Source: Eledone cirrhosa
Taxonomy: Eukaryota
NCBI GenBank assembly: GCA_964016885.1
Contig: OZ024742.1
Coordinates: forward strand, 123,938,001 to 124,002,000
Length of the DNA: 64,000 bases
Reading direction: 5' to 3'
Position 1 is the first letter of the stretch. Each line of letters begins with the position of its first letter. A model generated the notes under the pieces. That model had not been told where the DNA came from, searched no databases, and worked only from the letters and a program-made list of their open reading frames with translations. Of the stretch, positions 40,755 through 53,734 are shown piece by piece. The position numbers and the translations under genes were made by a program.

Positions 40755-41085
40755 TGATAATAAGGGCACTGCGGAGTTGCAAATGGGTTACATATGAAAA
40801 CAGTTTGTCCTTCATCAGTGATCTTCCAACTATCGTAGGCATTTCATCGCTTTAAAGGCCATATACCTCCGGTTGGTGCGAGCAACGGCTAAAAAAAGTC
40901 GTTGGGACACGTAAATAAAGGGGACGCGAAGGTAAACAAACAAAATGGTGAGGCAACAAAAAGTGAGGAATAAGGAGACAAGTCCCAGATTTCTACGAAT
41001 TTAAGTTCGGTGAAATCGTGAACGAGAGAATAAAGACCATCAAACCTGGTTGAAATGTGAGCAAGGAAGGAATTTCACACAGGTC
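40755..41085 (-). mobile_element. Non-inverted copy of the 17750-18089 family
   Basis: gataataa..gcaaatgggttacatatgaaaa..gtttgtcc(t)tcatcagtg...ggtaaacaaacaaaa aligns with 17751-17939 and continues about 140 bp beyond the fold-back apex. Confidence 0.85.
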
Positions 41086-42751
41086 TATATATATGTGCGT
41101 GTGTGTTTTGGTTTTAATCCACATGTCTGATGAGCAGGTCGATAATGGAGTCTGTCTCTCCATAAAACCTGGAGCCAATCATCAATGAAACATACGTAAA
41201 TTACGATATACAAAACTATCTTATTGATGTGATACTTCTTTATCTCATACATCATACACACAGACACACGGGCGCGCGCACAAACACACACACGCACACA
41301 CATACACACGCATCTACAGCACATACACACACACCACACACGCACACACACACGTACACACGCACGTATAACACATAGACACACACACATAACACACACA
41401 CACACATAAACACATACATACACACACATATACACACATACACACACACACACATATATATATATGCGCATGAGTGTATGTGTATGTATGTTTATACAGT
41501 GTTAACCGCTAGTTTAATATGCAAACGCATCGAGATATAAATCTGTTTTGAATGCTGGAAATAATATATAAGATATATAAAGATTAGTTAACATTAAACG
41601 AAAACAGGAAAATAAAAGTGGTGAAAGGAATTTGTATGAGAAGAAAATTACGAATAGAAAATATAAAGAACGAAAGCAAAATTTTGGCAAATTTACCTAA
41701 CTTAACTTGATAAAGTACCACCTTATTGTTAGCTGTCAATTAGATAACGCCTTTTTCTCTCCAATGATGCAGGGTTTACTAAGCTACAACTTGTCATCAT
41801 TGCTAGCTGAATTTTCACAGTAGGAAGTCTCTATAAATTAAGAATGTCTAACAAGCATGTCTTCTTGAAAAGTCATTCAAATCAACTATGGTAATAATAA
41901 CTTTAGAAATAATTCAAGTCTTCCTTGTATACCGGGCCAGTAATTTTAAAGTTGTCGTCTAAAAGTCCCGAGCACTAATATTGATGGATGGAGACAGTTT
42001 GAATTCAATCCGACTTCTTTTCTTTTACTGTAGATAATGTTTATGAGTTATTTGAAAATCAACAAATAGCTGACGGGATAATTTATTCAGCATCAATGAT
42101 TTTAATATCACACACTGTTTCATTACCGATTTCAACCAGCATGTAAAGCGGGAAAAAATACACTACTCTATTTTTCTATGATATAAGAAATGTTGAATTC
42201 GTGTATTTATGTGTTTGTTTTGGCACATTAGTTGGATAAATGAAGATATTTCTGCGTGATTCTGTGTAAATATACGAGGTTACTGACAAATATTATTTAT
42301 CAATGGTTGGTAACAATTCTAACACAGTCTCATTCCATGCTACTGAAAATATTGATACATTCTAAGAGAATTGATATAACACGAAAAATCATACATATAT
42401 AGTCGTCTAGATTTCACTATGTAAATCAAAGGATGGGAGCGTAAGATTAAAGAACGAAACACGGAACATTTTCCCATTAAAATAGCACACACATACACAC
42501 AAACACGTAGGCGTTGTGCGGAGAGTTCTCTTTTTGGACAATTTATCTGATAATTGTTCATCTAAAAATGAAATATGTCAGTTTAATTCAAATATATTGT
42601 CTAAAGCAGAGTTTCTCATGCGTTTTGGGCCACTGTCCCTCTCACGGCCTCATTAACGCCACCAACGCTATTTCTAGTGACACTTTGCTACAGGCAAATT
42701 GCTAATAAGTTATAATAAATAAAATAAATCTTTTTATATACAATGAATAAT

Positions 42752-42932
42752 TGTTCCTACTTCTGGTACAAGGCCAGCAATTATCTCAGAGCTTTACTGG
42801 TGCTTTATTTTATCGACCCCGTAAAGATGAAAGGCAAAGTTTACCTTGGCGAGATTTGAACTCATACCGTAAAGGGACGTAACTCTTTGTTGCAAATCAT
42901 GGCGTCCGAGTCTCTACCGATACTGCCAATCC
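42752..42932 (-). mobile_element. tRNA-derived SINE
   Basis: 9-bp TSD atgaataat at 42743-42751 and 42933-42941. Confidence 0.9.
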
Positions 42933-43039
42933 ATGAATAATACCATATATGCAGATGCATTCTATACAAACAGCCCGCCGACAACACTGTTTGTTGCCTT
43001 TGTGACAACACTGATTGTTGCCTTTGTGACTATGGTGTA

Positions 43040-43430
43040 CAGAAAGAAATGTGACAAAGCAGCCAATACTACATTGGATAAACCCCCGATTTAAAGAGCA
43101 AACCAATAATAACTCCTCTTCTTTCCGCAAAAATATCACCAAATGTAGAAACCCACTACCATCTTGCTACTGAGCGCAGTATAGGCACACTGAGAATCAA
43201 TGAAACCCTCTCTATTAAAGAAATAAAACGCCTCATTAATAATAGAAAGGAAAGGAAGACGTCACAGTGACTAATATAGTTTGTCATTATGCTAGCATCG
43301 CAATTGTCCTATGTAACGATCGTTCCTTTCCTAGCCTAATTTGGAGAGACAAATTCTAGCAGCAGACATATTCTTGATTGGATTTGAGGAGTCAGTTACC
43401 AGTCAAAAATAGAGCAGACCACAGTACGCA
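43040..43430 (+). mobile_element. Penelope-like GIY-YIG endonuclease remnant
   Basis: Broken frames 'YYIG*T..RFKEQ' and 'TILATERSIGTLRINETLSIKEIKRLINNR'. Confidence 0.7.
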
Positions 43431-43599
43431 TGCACTCCTTTATCCCTTAACATTTTTTTTCTTCACTAGTTATACGGGCTTACATCCACACACACACTCA
43501 CTCACACACACACATACACACACACACATACACACATACATACTCACATGCGTAAACAACACTGAAATTTAACGTTTTTTTATTGAAAAATAAATAGAT

Positions 43600-44975
43600 A
43601 TATGTCAATTGGAAAGTTGTGAAAATACTGGAACACATTTTGCGGGTCATATAACATTGTTGTTTATATAAGGGGCCCAGTTTATGTTGTTATAAACAAT
43701 TCATCCTTAGTTTCGGATGTATTTGGATACCACGAGTGTTTCACATGAGGGAAGGGAATATGGGAGTCTCAGTGAATCCTCTTTTCCAAAGTAGATTAAT
43801 TCGAATTTATCATCGTCCAGCAGCATAATGGTTTTTTCCGTCCGTTGAATAAGAGCAAGTAGATCTGATTGAAGGCATGTCTGGTCACACACTCAATATA
43901 TGACCTTCTAGGGCGTGCAATCATCTGCAAATGTTCTTATGTTGCTGTGCTTGATGACGCTAGTAATATTGATATAGATAACGAAAAAAAGAGGGCCCTA
44001 CACAATGCCCTGTGGAACGTCACTACTGGCTTTGGCTGGTCTTGATGGTACTCATTCGGCCACAAGATGTTGGGCTGCTTGCCAGAAAACACTTGATCTA
44101 TTGCAATACCTCTCCAGTGACACCATTGTTTGATAGGTTTTTTCAGCAAAATGTTGTGATCAAGTATATTATCTGAGTTTTATATAATTTTGTTTATAAT
44201 CATCACCATGGCATACATCATCATGACTGTTTCTTATTATCTTCATAAGCATCACCCGTTACATTTTATTTATCATGATCATTTAATCACTGTTATCATC
44301 ATCAGCAAATTCTACATTATTTTCAGAAACAGTATCAGATCCCTAGACGCTTCCTTTCACATTACCTCTGATCGTGTTTATTTTCCATTCATCAACAGTC
44401 CCACGAACTATTTTCTTGATTTTAGATTTTGCCACTCTTTTTGTCGCTTTATTTTTCTTTTTGCTTTTCGTCTTTCTTTCTTCTTTCTCGTTTCATCACC
44501 CCCCCCCCCCTTTTGTTTTTTAGTTTTCCACCACGCCATTTCTGACATTCTTTGGATTATCTCCTTGTCTTTGATCTCCCCCCCCCCACACACTCACCAA
44601 CACTCTGATATTCTCTTTATCTTTTTTGTTTCCTTCTCCCATTCATATATACTCTATTACTGCCCACATATTTCCTAACAACAACATTCCCTACATACAC
44701 ATCCCATTCGAAAACACCCATCGACTCAACTAATGCCCACTGGTCTTTCCATGCATAACCACCTGGAATGGCTCTTCCAGCGCATCTTCCTCGGCATCCT
44801 CCTGAGATATACATTCTCTATGCTGTTCAATGGGGCCGCAAGTTGGCCAGCGCATGGGCTCACATTTGCTTATAATAATGAGATATGAGTAGAGCGGGAG
44901 AGACGGAAGCAGTTTCAGTGGGAGTTTGATTTCCTTGTGTTGGGACCTGATATATATGTATAGTTTTTTTACCAT
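43600..44975 (-). mobile_element. CR1/L2-like LINE remnant
   Basis: Decayed GVPQGxVLGP (gacgttccacagggcattgtgtagggcc), FADDCT, 'DKFELIYFG...IRNLG'. Confidence 0.65.
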
Positions 44976-45199
44976 ACCACATATACTTTATACTCTCTCT
45001 CACTCACTCTCTCTCTATATCTCTCCCTCTCTCTCTCTCTCTCTCCCTCTCTCTTACTCTCACTGTCATTGAACATTCAAGTTTGTCTTTTGAACTTTTG
45101 AGTACACAGTTGGAACACCACAGTAACAGCATTGATCATTTCGCGAAAATAATGGAAATTTCTATATTGCTACTTCGATATTGAGTTCTCATTTTCGCT

Positions 45200-45201
45200 T
45201 T

Positions 45202-45259
<58 letters not shown>

Positions 45260-45318
45260 GCTACTACTACTACTAATGATAATAATAATAATAATAATAT
45301 TAATAATAATAATGATGA
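45200..45318. repeat. (TAC)n + (TAA)n microsatellite, Tx1 3' flank/tail
   Basis: Directly visible. Confidence 0.95.
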
Positions 45319-45594
45319 TTTCATGTATTGGCCACAAGGGCCGACATATAGGGGACAACACAAAAGATTGGGACAGTGGGGTTTTACAGAAAAATCGAGT
45401 AAACAATATAAATAAACAAAGTAACAATAACAAAGTAACAATAAAGTAACAAGAAAATTACGACAAGAAAACATTCCCCAATAGGGGGGATGACCACCTA
45501 GGGTTCGTTCAGTTACCCCACTAGTCCTGAACGACCCGACGCTTCGAGAGAACCCTGGAAGGACACACCTCTCCTCTTCAAATGTACCTACATA

Positions 45595-48500
45595 CAGCCG
45601 CATGACCAGAGTAGGCCCACTCACACGGGCCATTCTAGCCACATTCACCCACCTTTCAGCAAATGTACTGGGGGGCAGCACTTCTCTCACCACCCTCACC
45701 TTCCTTTCCAAGTGAAACTTGAAAAAGTTGATGAGGGATTGGCCGAATAGAAAAGTGTCTGTCTTCAGTCCTTTCAACCTCGTCCACCATACAACCTCTT
45801 TTGCTACTGCCACCAGACAGAGGAAAATTGCCTGCCCTTCCTGGCCAAAAGAAGGCGGCGGGTCGATCTTCATTATGGACTCAGCCGATAGCCGGATCCG
45901 TTCTACACGCGACAACAGCTGTTCAACATAACTCCACAAGTCAGTAATGCACGGACACTGGACGAGTGCGTGCGGAACGGTTTCGTCGCTCTGCGCGCAT
46001 CTCGGGCAGGTCCGTCTGACAGCACTTCCGAAGCCTTTAGAGTTTATCTATAACCAGCAGTGCCCCCCGGTAGCACTGCCAAGCGAGGGCTTTTTGGAAA
46101 TTATCCATCGTCCCCGGCTCAAAGGTCCTCCAGTACAGACTGGTTAGTTCGATTTCGTTGTCTCCCAGAGCCTCTCCAAGTGCGTCGTCGCACTTGCCCA
46201 CCACTAATCCTCTATAGAACTCGAGAGTGTAAGTTCCACTGACCGCATTGAACGCCTGGTAGAGGGCAGTGAGTGCCTGGCAACATTCCAGATGCCAGTC
46301 ACCCAGTCTCGGTCTCTTCTTGACCCAGGACTGCAACTCAGTCAAAGAAACGAGCTGCGGAACGGCCCGTCTGAAAAACGTCGACCACTCCTGTTCACCA
46401 TTTAGGCAGAATATCTGGAGATGCCGCAGCCTCAGCGCGTGCGTGTCTATCATTAGCCACGGCATGCCCAGCCCTCCACGTAGTGGGTGCTGGCAGCAGA
46501 TGGACCGAGTCACCAGCGGAACCTGACCCCTCCACAAGAATTTGAAGAGGAGCCGCTCCAAGATGGCGTGGCACGAACGGGGACAAGGCACGACAGTCAG
46601 ACGGTAGTAGATGACGGACGCCATGTACGCGTTCGCCACCTCCGCCCGACCTTTCAGTGATAGCTTCATCCCAGACCATTTCTGGGTGAGACTGACTACC
46701 CCGCCCGTCACCTCGTCCCAATTCTTATCCACCTGGTGGTCTGGCCCGAACCAACCCCTAGCAACTTTACCGGTCCGTCCGTCCAGCGCCTAACGACGCT
46801 GTTGGACCGCATGGACTTGCCTCTCCAGGTGCCGAGTTGCAAGCCCACTGACTTTTCCGGGTTAAGTTTAGCTCCCGTCAACCTTTCATATTCCTCCAAT
46901 AAGTTGCCGACCACCTCGATTTCTGAGGTGTCCGACATCATCACGGTGATGTCGTCGGCATAAGCCGATACAGCCTTTCCGCGTCCCGGTTCGAGCGGGT
47001 GGCCCTGCAACAGCTCCAGCTTCCGCAGTAAAGGCTCGAGAGTCAATACGTACAGAAGGGAGGAGAAGGGGCACCCTTGACGGACCGATGGGGAGACCTG
47101 AAACGGTTCCGGGAGCACATTAATTTTCACCATCGAGCAGGTGCCGCTGTGCATTGCAGCGATCCAGCTTCTGAAGACGGGGCCGAAGCCAGCCGCCTTG
47201 AGGACAGCCTCCAGGTACCGATGGTCGACCCTATCGAATGCTTTCGATTGATCTAAAATGATCAGAGCCCCACCGAAGCCAGGTTTACACCCTACCCTCT
47301 CTATGATGTATCGCATTAGGTGGAGGTTGTCGTGTATGGACCTGGATGGGATTGCGCAAGTTTGCGTCTCCCCAACCAAATCCCCGACGACAAGCGCCAA
47401 CCTCGTCGCTAACACCCTGGCCAAAATCTTAAACTCTGTGTTGAGCAGAGTTATGGGCCTGAAATTGTCTAATGTGTCCCTCTTGTTCTCGTCTTTCCTT
47501 ATCAGCGTCACTACGCCCCGGCTCACAGAACTGGGAATACTCCCGTTTTGCTGCCAGTTGCAGTAGAGCGCTTCGAGGAGATTGGAGAACAAGTCTGGCA
47601 TATTTACGTAAAGCTCGTAGGGCAGACCATCCAAACCGGGTGACTTGCGTCTCATGCAGCCTACAAGGGCATCCTGAATCTCGTCTGAAGTAATTAGCCT
47701 TTCGCAGCGCCCAGCGTCAGCCGTCGAGAGTTGCGGCAAGCCATCGAGGTAGGGACTGACGTCGGCCACCATCTCTGACCCGCCACTTCCCCCGAACAAC
47801 CGAGCAAAATGTTGGCGAAAGGCTTCACACAACCGCATGGAATCGCTCAGCTCAAGCCCGTCTCGGTCCGTCAAAGACCGAATCGTGGTTTTATTACCAC
47901 GCTGCACCTCTGCCACGCGGGCCCATCGAACAGCTTTGGTTCCCTCGTTTCTCAGAGCACGCGCCTTAGCTCTGACAATGCAACCTTCATGTTTCGCATT
48001 GAAGAAATGGTCCAATGCCATTCTCGCCGCTAACACGTCAGTTGCAATGCCACTACCAATAGCCTCGTCTAACTTATCTACCAACTCTCCCTCCTTTCTA
48101 TTTTTCTTTAATGCTACTTCTTTGCTAAACTCTATCGACATTACTCTAATCTCTCTTTTGAGAGCCCCCCACCATCTATTGTTGACAACTCCGCCTGTCA
48201 ACTTTTTCTTAACTAATTTGTTGACCTGGTCCCTGTAAGCCTTACGTGCCGGAAATGACATGTTTAACTTCCAGTAACCAGGTCCTAACCTACGCGTCTT
48301 ATCTAGGTCGACCATACAGATCACAAACTTGTGATCTGAATAGGCGACCGTTTGAAAACGTGTACAGATTACACTATTTCTGTCTATTTTCCTAATGAAT
48401 ATCCTGTCTATATACGATCTAGATGACCCTATGCGGTTAGCCCAGGTCCACACTGTCGCATTAGGGAAATCTAGTCGGTAACTGTCAGACAGTTGGAACT

Positions 48501-49016
48501 GGCTGATCAGGTTCTTGAGGCTTTTGCACACCCTCCCCCGCTACTATCGGATACTCCCACACAGTCCCAGCGTGCATCTAAGATGCCGTCCCAGTCTCCC
48601 GCTAAAAGTAAAGGGCGAGACGTACCCAGAAAGGCTTCCAGGCGTCTAAAGAAGTCCGGCCGTCCTGCCTCAGTAGGAGCATAGACGGCCACCAGTCTAA
48701 AAGCACCACCTTCATTATTGTTCACGTCCAGGACCACCAACTTCCCGTCCGGGTCCCGGAAGATCGACCTTACCTCGAGATCCCGGCCTTTCCTAAACAG
48801 CACTGCCACCTCGCCTCCCATTACCGGCCGGCTAACAGATGCAAAGATCTGATAGTCGTCGAAAATGGGGGCTACTGCGCGCGTGTCGGAAATCATGGTC
48901 TCGCTGACTGCAATTACATCCATTTCTATAGACCTGAGGTCGTTGAGCAGGTGACCCTGCTTCCAGGACGATCCCAGGCCTCGAACATTTAAACATCCTA
49001 CTCTTAATACGGCCAT
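45595..49016 (-). pseudogene. Tx1 ORF2 (APE endonuclease, reverse transcriptase, CCHC), about 3 frameshifts
   Basis: LNVRGL, AVYAP, AGDWD, SYIDRIF, SDH; SPGLDG, NFRPITLLN, DQSKAFD, RQGCP, AYADD; GGLG; CPRCAQSDETVPHALVQC. Confidence 0.93.
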
Positions 49017-49047
49017 GTTGGCAGCATAAACAGAGAGAGAGGGAGGT

Positions 49048-50973
49048 TTACTTACCTTCCGGGCTCTTGTGAAGGTCGGGTTGTTCGACCTCCATAGTTA
49101 GTGTGGTTTCTTTTGGGAACCCCTTTAAAAATCTTGAAGTGGGTTTTACGTTCGGGGTTCCCACGTCCCGAGGAAAGCTGTCTCGTATTTCTTTGAATAT
49201 GTCGAGCGACATTCGCACCAGAACCAAATCTTTCGGCACGCGAAATGTGCTCGATTTAAACATTTCCCCCTCTTTTTGTATATTTTCACTTCGTGCTACG
49301 AGGGCCATCAGTTCCTTGTTGGCCCTCCTGACGAGCACGAAGTTTTGTATGTTTTGTTGGTGTGATTTTATTTGTTTGCGTGGCTGTGGTGGTGATGGTT
49401 TTCGTGGTGTTGTTTCGGTTGTATCTGCGTTTGTTGTGAGTGCGATGTCTGTGGTTTCAGATGTTTGTGTGTATATTTGTTCTTGCGTCTGTTTCGGTTG
49501 TTTGCGTTTGGGGGATTCTGGTGATGGTGATGGTGGTGTTGATGTTGGTGTTATTGGAGATATGTTTGCGTGGGTGGCGTCTGCGTTTTTTATTGTGGGT
49601 GCTTTTGTGCTTTGTTGAATTTTTTTTTTCTTTTCATGTTTCCTTTTATTGTATTTTGGGGGATTTTGGATTTCCCTCATCTTCACTACTGGTAGATGAG
49701 GGTTCTGTGTCTGTAAGTGTGTCTTTATGTATGTTTAAGGTTTTATTGGTGTGTGTATTTTGGGGGGAGGGGGAATTTGACAGGTTTCCTCGTTTCCCCC
49801 CTGGGTGGTCAATGTTGGTGGTGTTTTTTTCTAATGGTTGTTGTTGTTGGTGGTTTTGCCGGTGCAGATGTGGGTTGTGGTCCTCGCCTCGGCGTCGGCA
49901 GCAGTGGAGCCTTTCGACCCCTTGCCTGTTTCAGCAGTTGAGGGTAGAAGGCTCGCAAATGGGTTTTTTCCCCACAAACAAAACACTGCGGATTTTGCCT
50001 TCGGTCATAATGTGAATGACAGTCCCATTCTGAAGTCGAATATGGTCTGGGATTGTCTTCACATTCTCGGGCCTGATCTGGAGAAGGATCTCCAGGTGAA
50101 CCCCGGACCAATCCTCTCTGGCCGTTCTGGTCATTTCTACGGGGACTGTATCCGTCCCCTCCACAATCACACATCCCATAAGCCACCACATGTCAAGATC
50201 TGGTGGGATTCTGGGAATGCGGAGACGGGCCGTTCTTTTTCCCATGTGGGAGGGGTACATTATCACCTTGCTGGCTTTGCAAGGAGTCATGGCGTGTTTC
50301 ATCGCGAGGGCTTCTGACTTGAACAACACCGAAATGGTGCCGTACTGTCTGCCCCTCTCTATGTACTGGGTGTCTTCTCTGATGCACCTCAGCGCGACTT
50401 CGATATCTTCTTGTGGGATTAACGCTGCCCTTTTGGTTTGTGCTGACATGCATCTATAATTGTTTCTACTTTAGGCACAAGGCCAGCAATTACCCAGTGT
50501 ATTACTGGTACTTTATTTTTCTCGACCCCATAAGGATGAAAAGCAAGGTCAACCTCGGCGGGATTTGAACTCAGATTGTAAAGGGACGTAACTATGCTGG
50601 AAAGCATGGCGTCCGACGCTCTACCACTGCCAATCAACCGCCCTATGCATCTATAATGCACCGTTTTGCGTTCCACTGCCTCAATAGCTTCTACCGGGAC
50701 AGTTAAGTTGGCCCAAGTTTGCTCTTGCTTGATGAGCTTCCATGCCTGGGCCAACTTTTCATCTTTGTTTGAGAGGTCCATGTTGAAGCATGGCCTCTTT
50801 TTTTCTGCTGCCGCAGCGAAAGGGGTCTTGCTTTCGTTGGGGGTGTTGTTGACGTTGTTCTTTTTGGTATTGTTGTTCGCACAGTCGCTGTTATCATTGT
50901 TGTCTTTGTTGCCACCGTTGTTCTCGGTGCAGTTGGTATTGTTGCTGTTGGTGTTGTCGTTATTTGTTTTCAT
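49048..50973 (-). pseudogene. Tx1 ORF1 module B (N-rich leader, RRM-like, zinc knuckle, P/T-rich linker), SINE-interrupted
   Basis: Removing the SINE and one TSD restores the frame TVHYRC-MSAQTK. 'ERGRQYGTISVLF', 'RTARLRIPRIPP', CFVCGEKTHLRAFY (last C lost). Confidence 0.85.
50461..50644 (-). mobile_element. SINE inserted into Tx1 ORF1
   Basis: 13-bp TSD atgcatctataat at 50448-50460 and 50645-50657. Confidence 0.95.
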
Positions 50974-51134
50974 GTTAGTGGTGTTGATATTGTTGTTGTA
51001 TTTGTTATTTTTGGGGGTGGTGGTGGTGTTGATTTTGCTACTGTTGCTGGGGTTGTTGCTGGGATCGTTGCTGTTATAGTTGCTTCTGTTGTTGCTGCTA
51101 GAGTTGTTGCTGCCATCTCTGCTGCTGGTGGTGT

Positions 51135-52140
51135 TTATGGTTGAGTCACTGGGGTAGGTAAGAGAGGTGGCCTCAACCTTTTAGCCTGAGGGCAGAAAGC
51201 CCTTCAGTGGGTTCCTTCACCACAAACGACACAGCTAGGCCTTCTGCCCTCGACGATTACTGGGAGGTGGCTGCCGTCAGTGAGGTCTATTACCTCTGGG
51301 ATCTCCCGTCAATGCTTTTTTGGTCCGCTTGGATCAGGAGCTCCATCCCAGATCCGGACCAGTTCTCCTACTTTTCTTTCGCTATTTCGATTATTTTGGC
51401 GTTGGCTTCGATGCCGGCGAGGACGGCAGCTATTAGCCAGGGAGTTTCGATGGCTGGTGGAACGTTCGTCACCCTGATCTTTACGAGTCTCTGGCCACAA
51501 TAGCTTGGGACGAGTGTGAAGTCGTCACTTCTTAATGGGGCCATGGAGTGTTCTCTAGCCTCCTGTGGTGTTTTAAAGAACACGTCCACGGTTCCATATT
51601 TCTGCCCACGTCTGATGTGGGGTTTCTTTGCCCACACATGTCCCAAAGCTTTTTGGATTCGGGAATCGGATGCCCGTTCCACTCGGCTCTATTTTATGTT
51701 AATTGATCTATAAGACACGGTGCATAGGCGCCGATGCTCCATTTTATTAGGTGGGGTGAGGCTGACCCTGTACCCAGCTTTCTTTACCATTTTTTGGCTT
51801 CTTCTAATTCCTCCTGAGTTACCTGAAATGCTTCGCACTGTTTCGCTACTCTGGCAAAACTCAGGGTGGTGTTCTTAATGTCATTGTTGCTGTTGTTATG
51901 AGCGTTATTTTTGTTATTATTAATTTTAGTTTCAGTTGTGGTGGTGGTGGCGTCAGTGGTGTTCGGTGTGGAAGAGTTCATTTTGGTTTAATGCATTTCG
52001 ATATCACGAGTTAATTTATATTTTTCTTTTGTTTCTGTTGTCGCGGTGCTGGTGGGGGTGGTGGTTATCGCGGTGATGATGGTGGTGGCGGCTTTAACAC
52101 CTGCAGTCATTGGTAATGGCGGGAAATGAATGTCTGCCTG
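51135..52140 (-). pseudogene. Tx1 ORF1 module A (paralog of module B)
   Basis: N/T-rich leader, SFARVAK, 'RRGQKYGTVDVFF', 'RLVKIRVTNVPP', 'VEGRRPSCVVCGEGTH*RAFCPQ..PLLPTP'. Confidence 0.8.
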
Positions 52141-52490
52141 AGACAAATTTAAAATATTGCTACTGCTTATATTTTTAGTGTTGGCAAACGTAGTAATATT
52201 TACAATGGTGGTGTCGGTGTGAGGTGTGAGTTTGTAAGGAAGGAGTGCTCTGAGTCAGCCATGATTTTTCAAAGAAAAATGTTTGTTTGATAATTATAAA
52301 AGTTAAAATGTTGGGCTCAAGGCCCCAATCTTTTTGGGTGTCCTTTTCAGATAACAATGTATGTGCACTTATATACAGTTAACAATAAAAATGTTAAACA
52401 ACTGAAAATAACAAACCTTTGCGGAGCTCACGATGATACGATTTACTACGTAGGTCGCCAATAATAATAGTAATAATAATAATAATAATA

Positions 52491-53675
52491 ATGGGAATTC
52501 TGAGATGGAATGTTGCTGAACAAAAAGAAATGGATAGGAAGACTAGAAAGTTATTGACTATTTACATCATGTCCCACAAGAGGAGTGATGTCGATAGACT
52601 TTACTTAATGAGATCTGAAGGTGGAAGAGGTCTTATCAGCATAGAGAACTGTGTTCAGATGGAGAAAAACAACCTACACAAATACGTGACCGATAGTAAG
52701 GAGCCAATGCTCAGAATTGAACTGAAGGAGGGGAAATAGACCAGGCTATTACCAAGGAGGAATTAACAACAAGGAGAAAGAGCAGCCTTCATGAAAAATC
52801 CCTTCATAGTACCTTTTTTGAGAAAACTGAATTCAGAGATCCACAGACATGGAACTGGTTGAAAAGAGGAGACCGTAAATAGGCTACAGGAGGAATTTAG
52901 CATTCCTTCTGTAGCCTATTTAAGGTATCCTCTAAGGTCTCCTCTAAAGTCTGCGCAAGAGCAGGCCCTCAAAACAAAGTGGCTGAAACACCATATTTAT
53001 AAGGAGGAGGCTAGCCCACTGTGTAGGATCTGTGGAGAGAGGAGACTACGGCTCACATTGTATCCGAGTGTCAACACCTAGCCCGGACTCACTATAAAGG
53101 CGGGAGACATGATGTGATGGACAGGGTGATCCACTGGCACCTATGCAAAGTAAACAGTTTACCATATTCTGAGAAGTGATATGAGCATAAGCCGGAGTCG
53201 GTGATAGAAAACGATCAGGTGAAGGTGCTGTGGGATTTTAGGATACAAACGGACAAGAAACTAGAACACAATAGACCTGACCTGGTGGTTTTGGACAAGG
53301 AAAAAAGATCGTGTCTGATTGTGGATGTGGCCTGCTCATTCGACACGAGGGTGTAAGAGAAGGAGAGGGTGAAAATTAACCGATACCAGGACGTAAAGTG
53401 GGAGGTAGAAAGGATTTGGAACTGCCATGAAGTCAAAGTGGTCCCGATTGTCATAGGCGCACTAGGTACTATCCAAGGAGTTTCCAGGTATGGTTAAAGA
53501 AAATTGGCCCCGCCCCGCTTTTTGGAACACTTCAAAATGCATGTTTGCTGGGAACAGCCAGAACTCTCCGATACGTCCTGAATACCTGAGACTGCAGGTA
53601 GTGGCTTGATATTCAATTCAACAAACTTTCCAGTTAACTAACATCAATGACTGAGACTCAAAGAACAATAATAAT
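52491..53675 (+). mobile_element. R4/Dong-clade LINE family A, 5'-truncated degenerate copy
   Basis: Aligns with 55236-56370 ([16 protein letters not shown]... to 3' UTR). Starts in (TAA)n. Confidence 0.92.
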
Positions 53676-53734
53676 ATGCATATGTGTATACAGTATATGT
53701 ATACTGTTTTTATTATAATCAATTTGTTGTATTA

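Larger units (their letters stand above)
45315..52460 (-). mobile_element. Full-length L1/Tx1-clade LINE flanked by (TAA)n on both sides
   Basis: 5' UTR, two ORF1-like modules, ORF2 with APE + RT + CCHC, 3' UTR ending ggcccttgtggcc-aatacat-gaaa-tc(att)n. Confidence 0.92.

Noticed and set aside
49103-51079. Plus-strand hydrophobic ORFs (171, 191, 159, 137 aa)
   Set aside because: Antisense shadows of low-complexity Tx1 ORF1 sequence.
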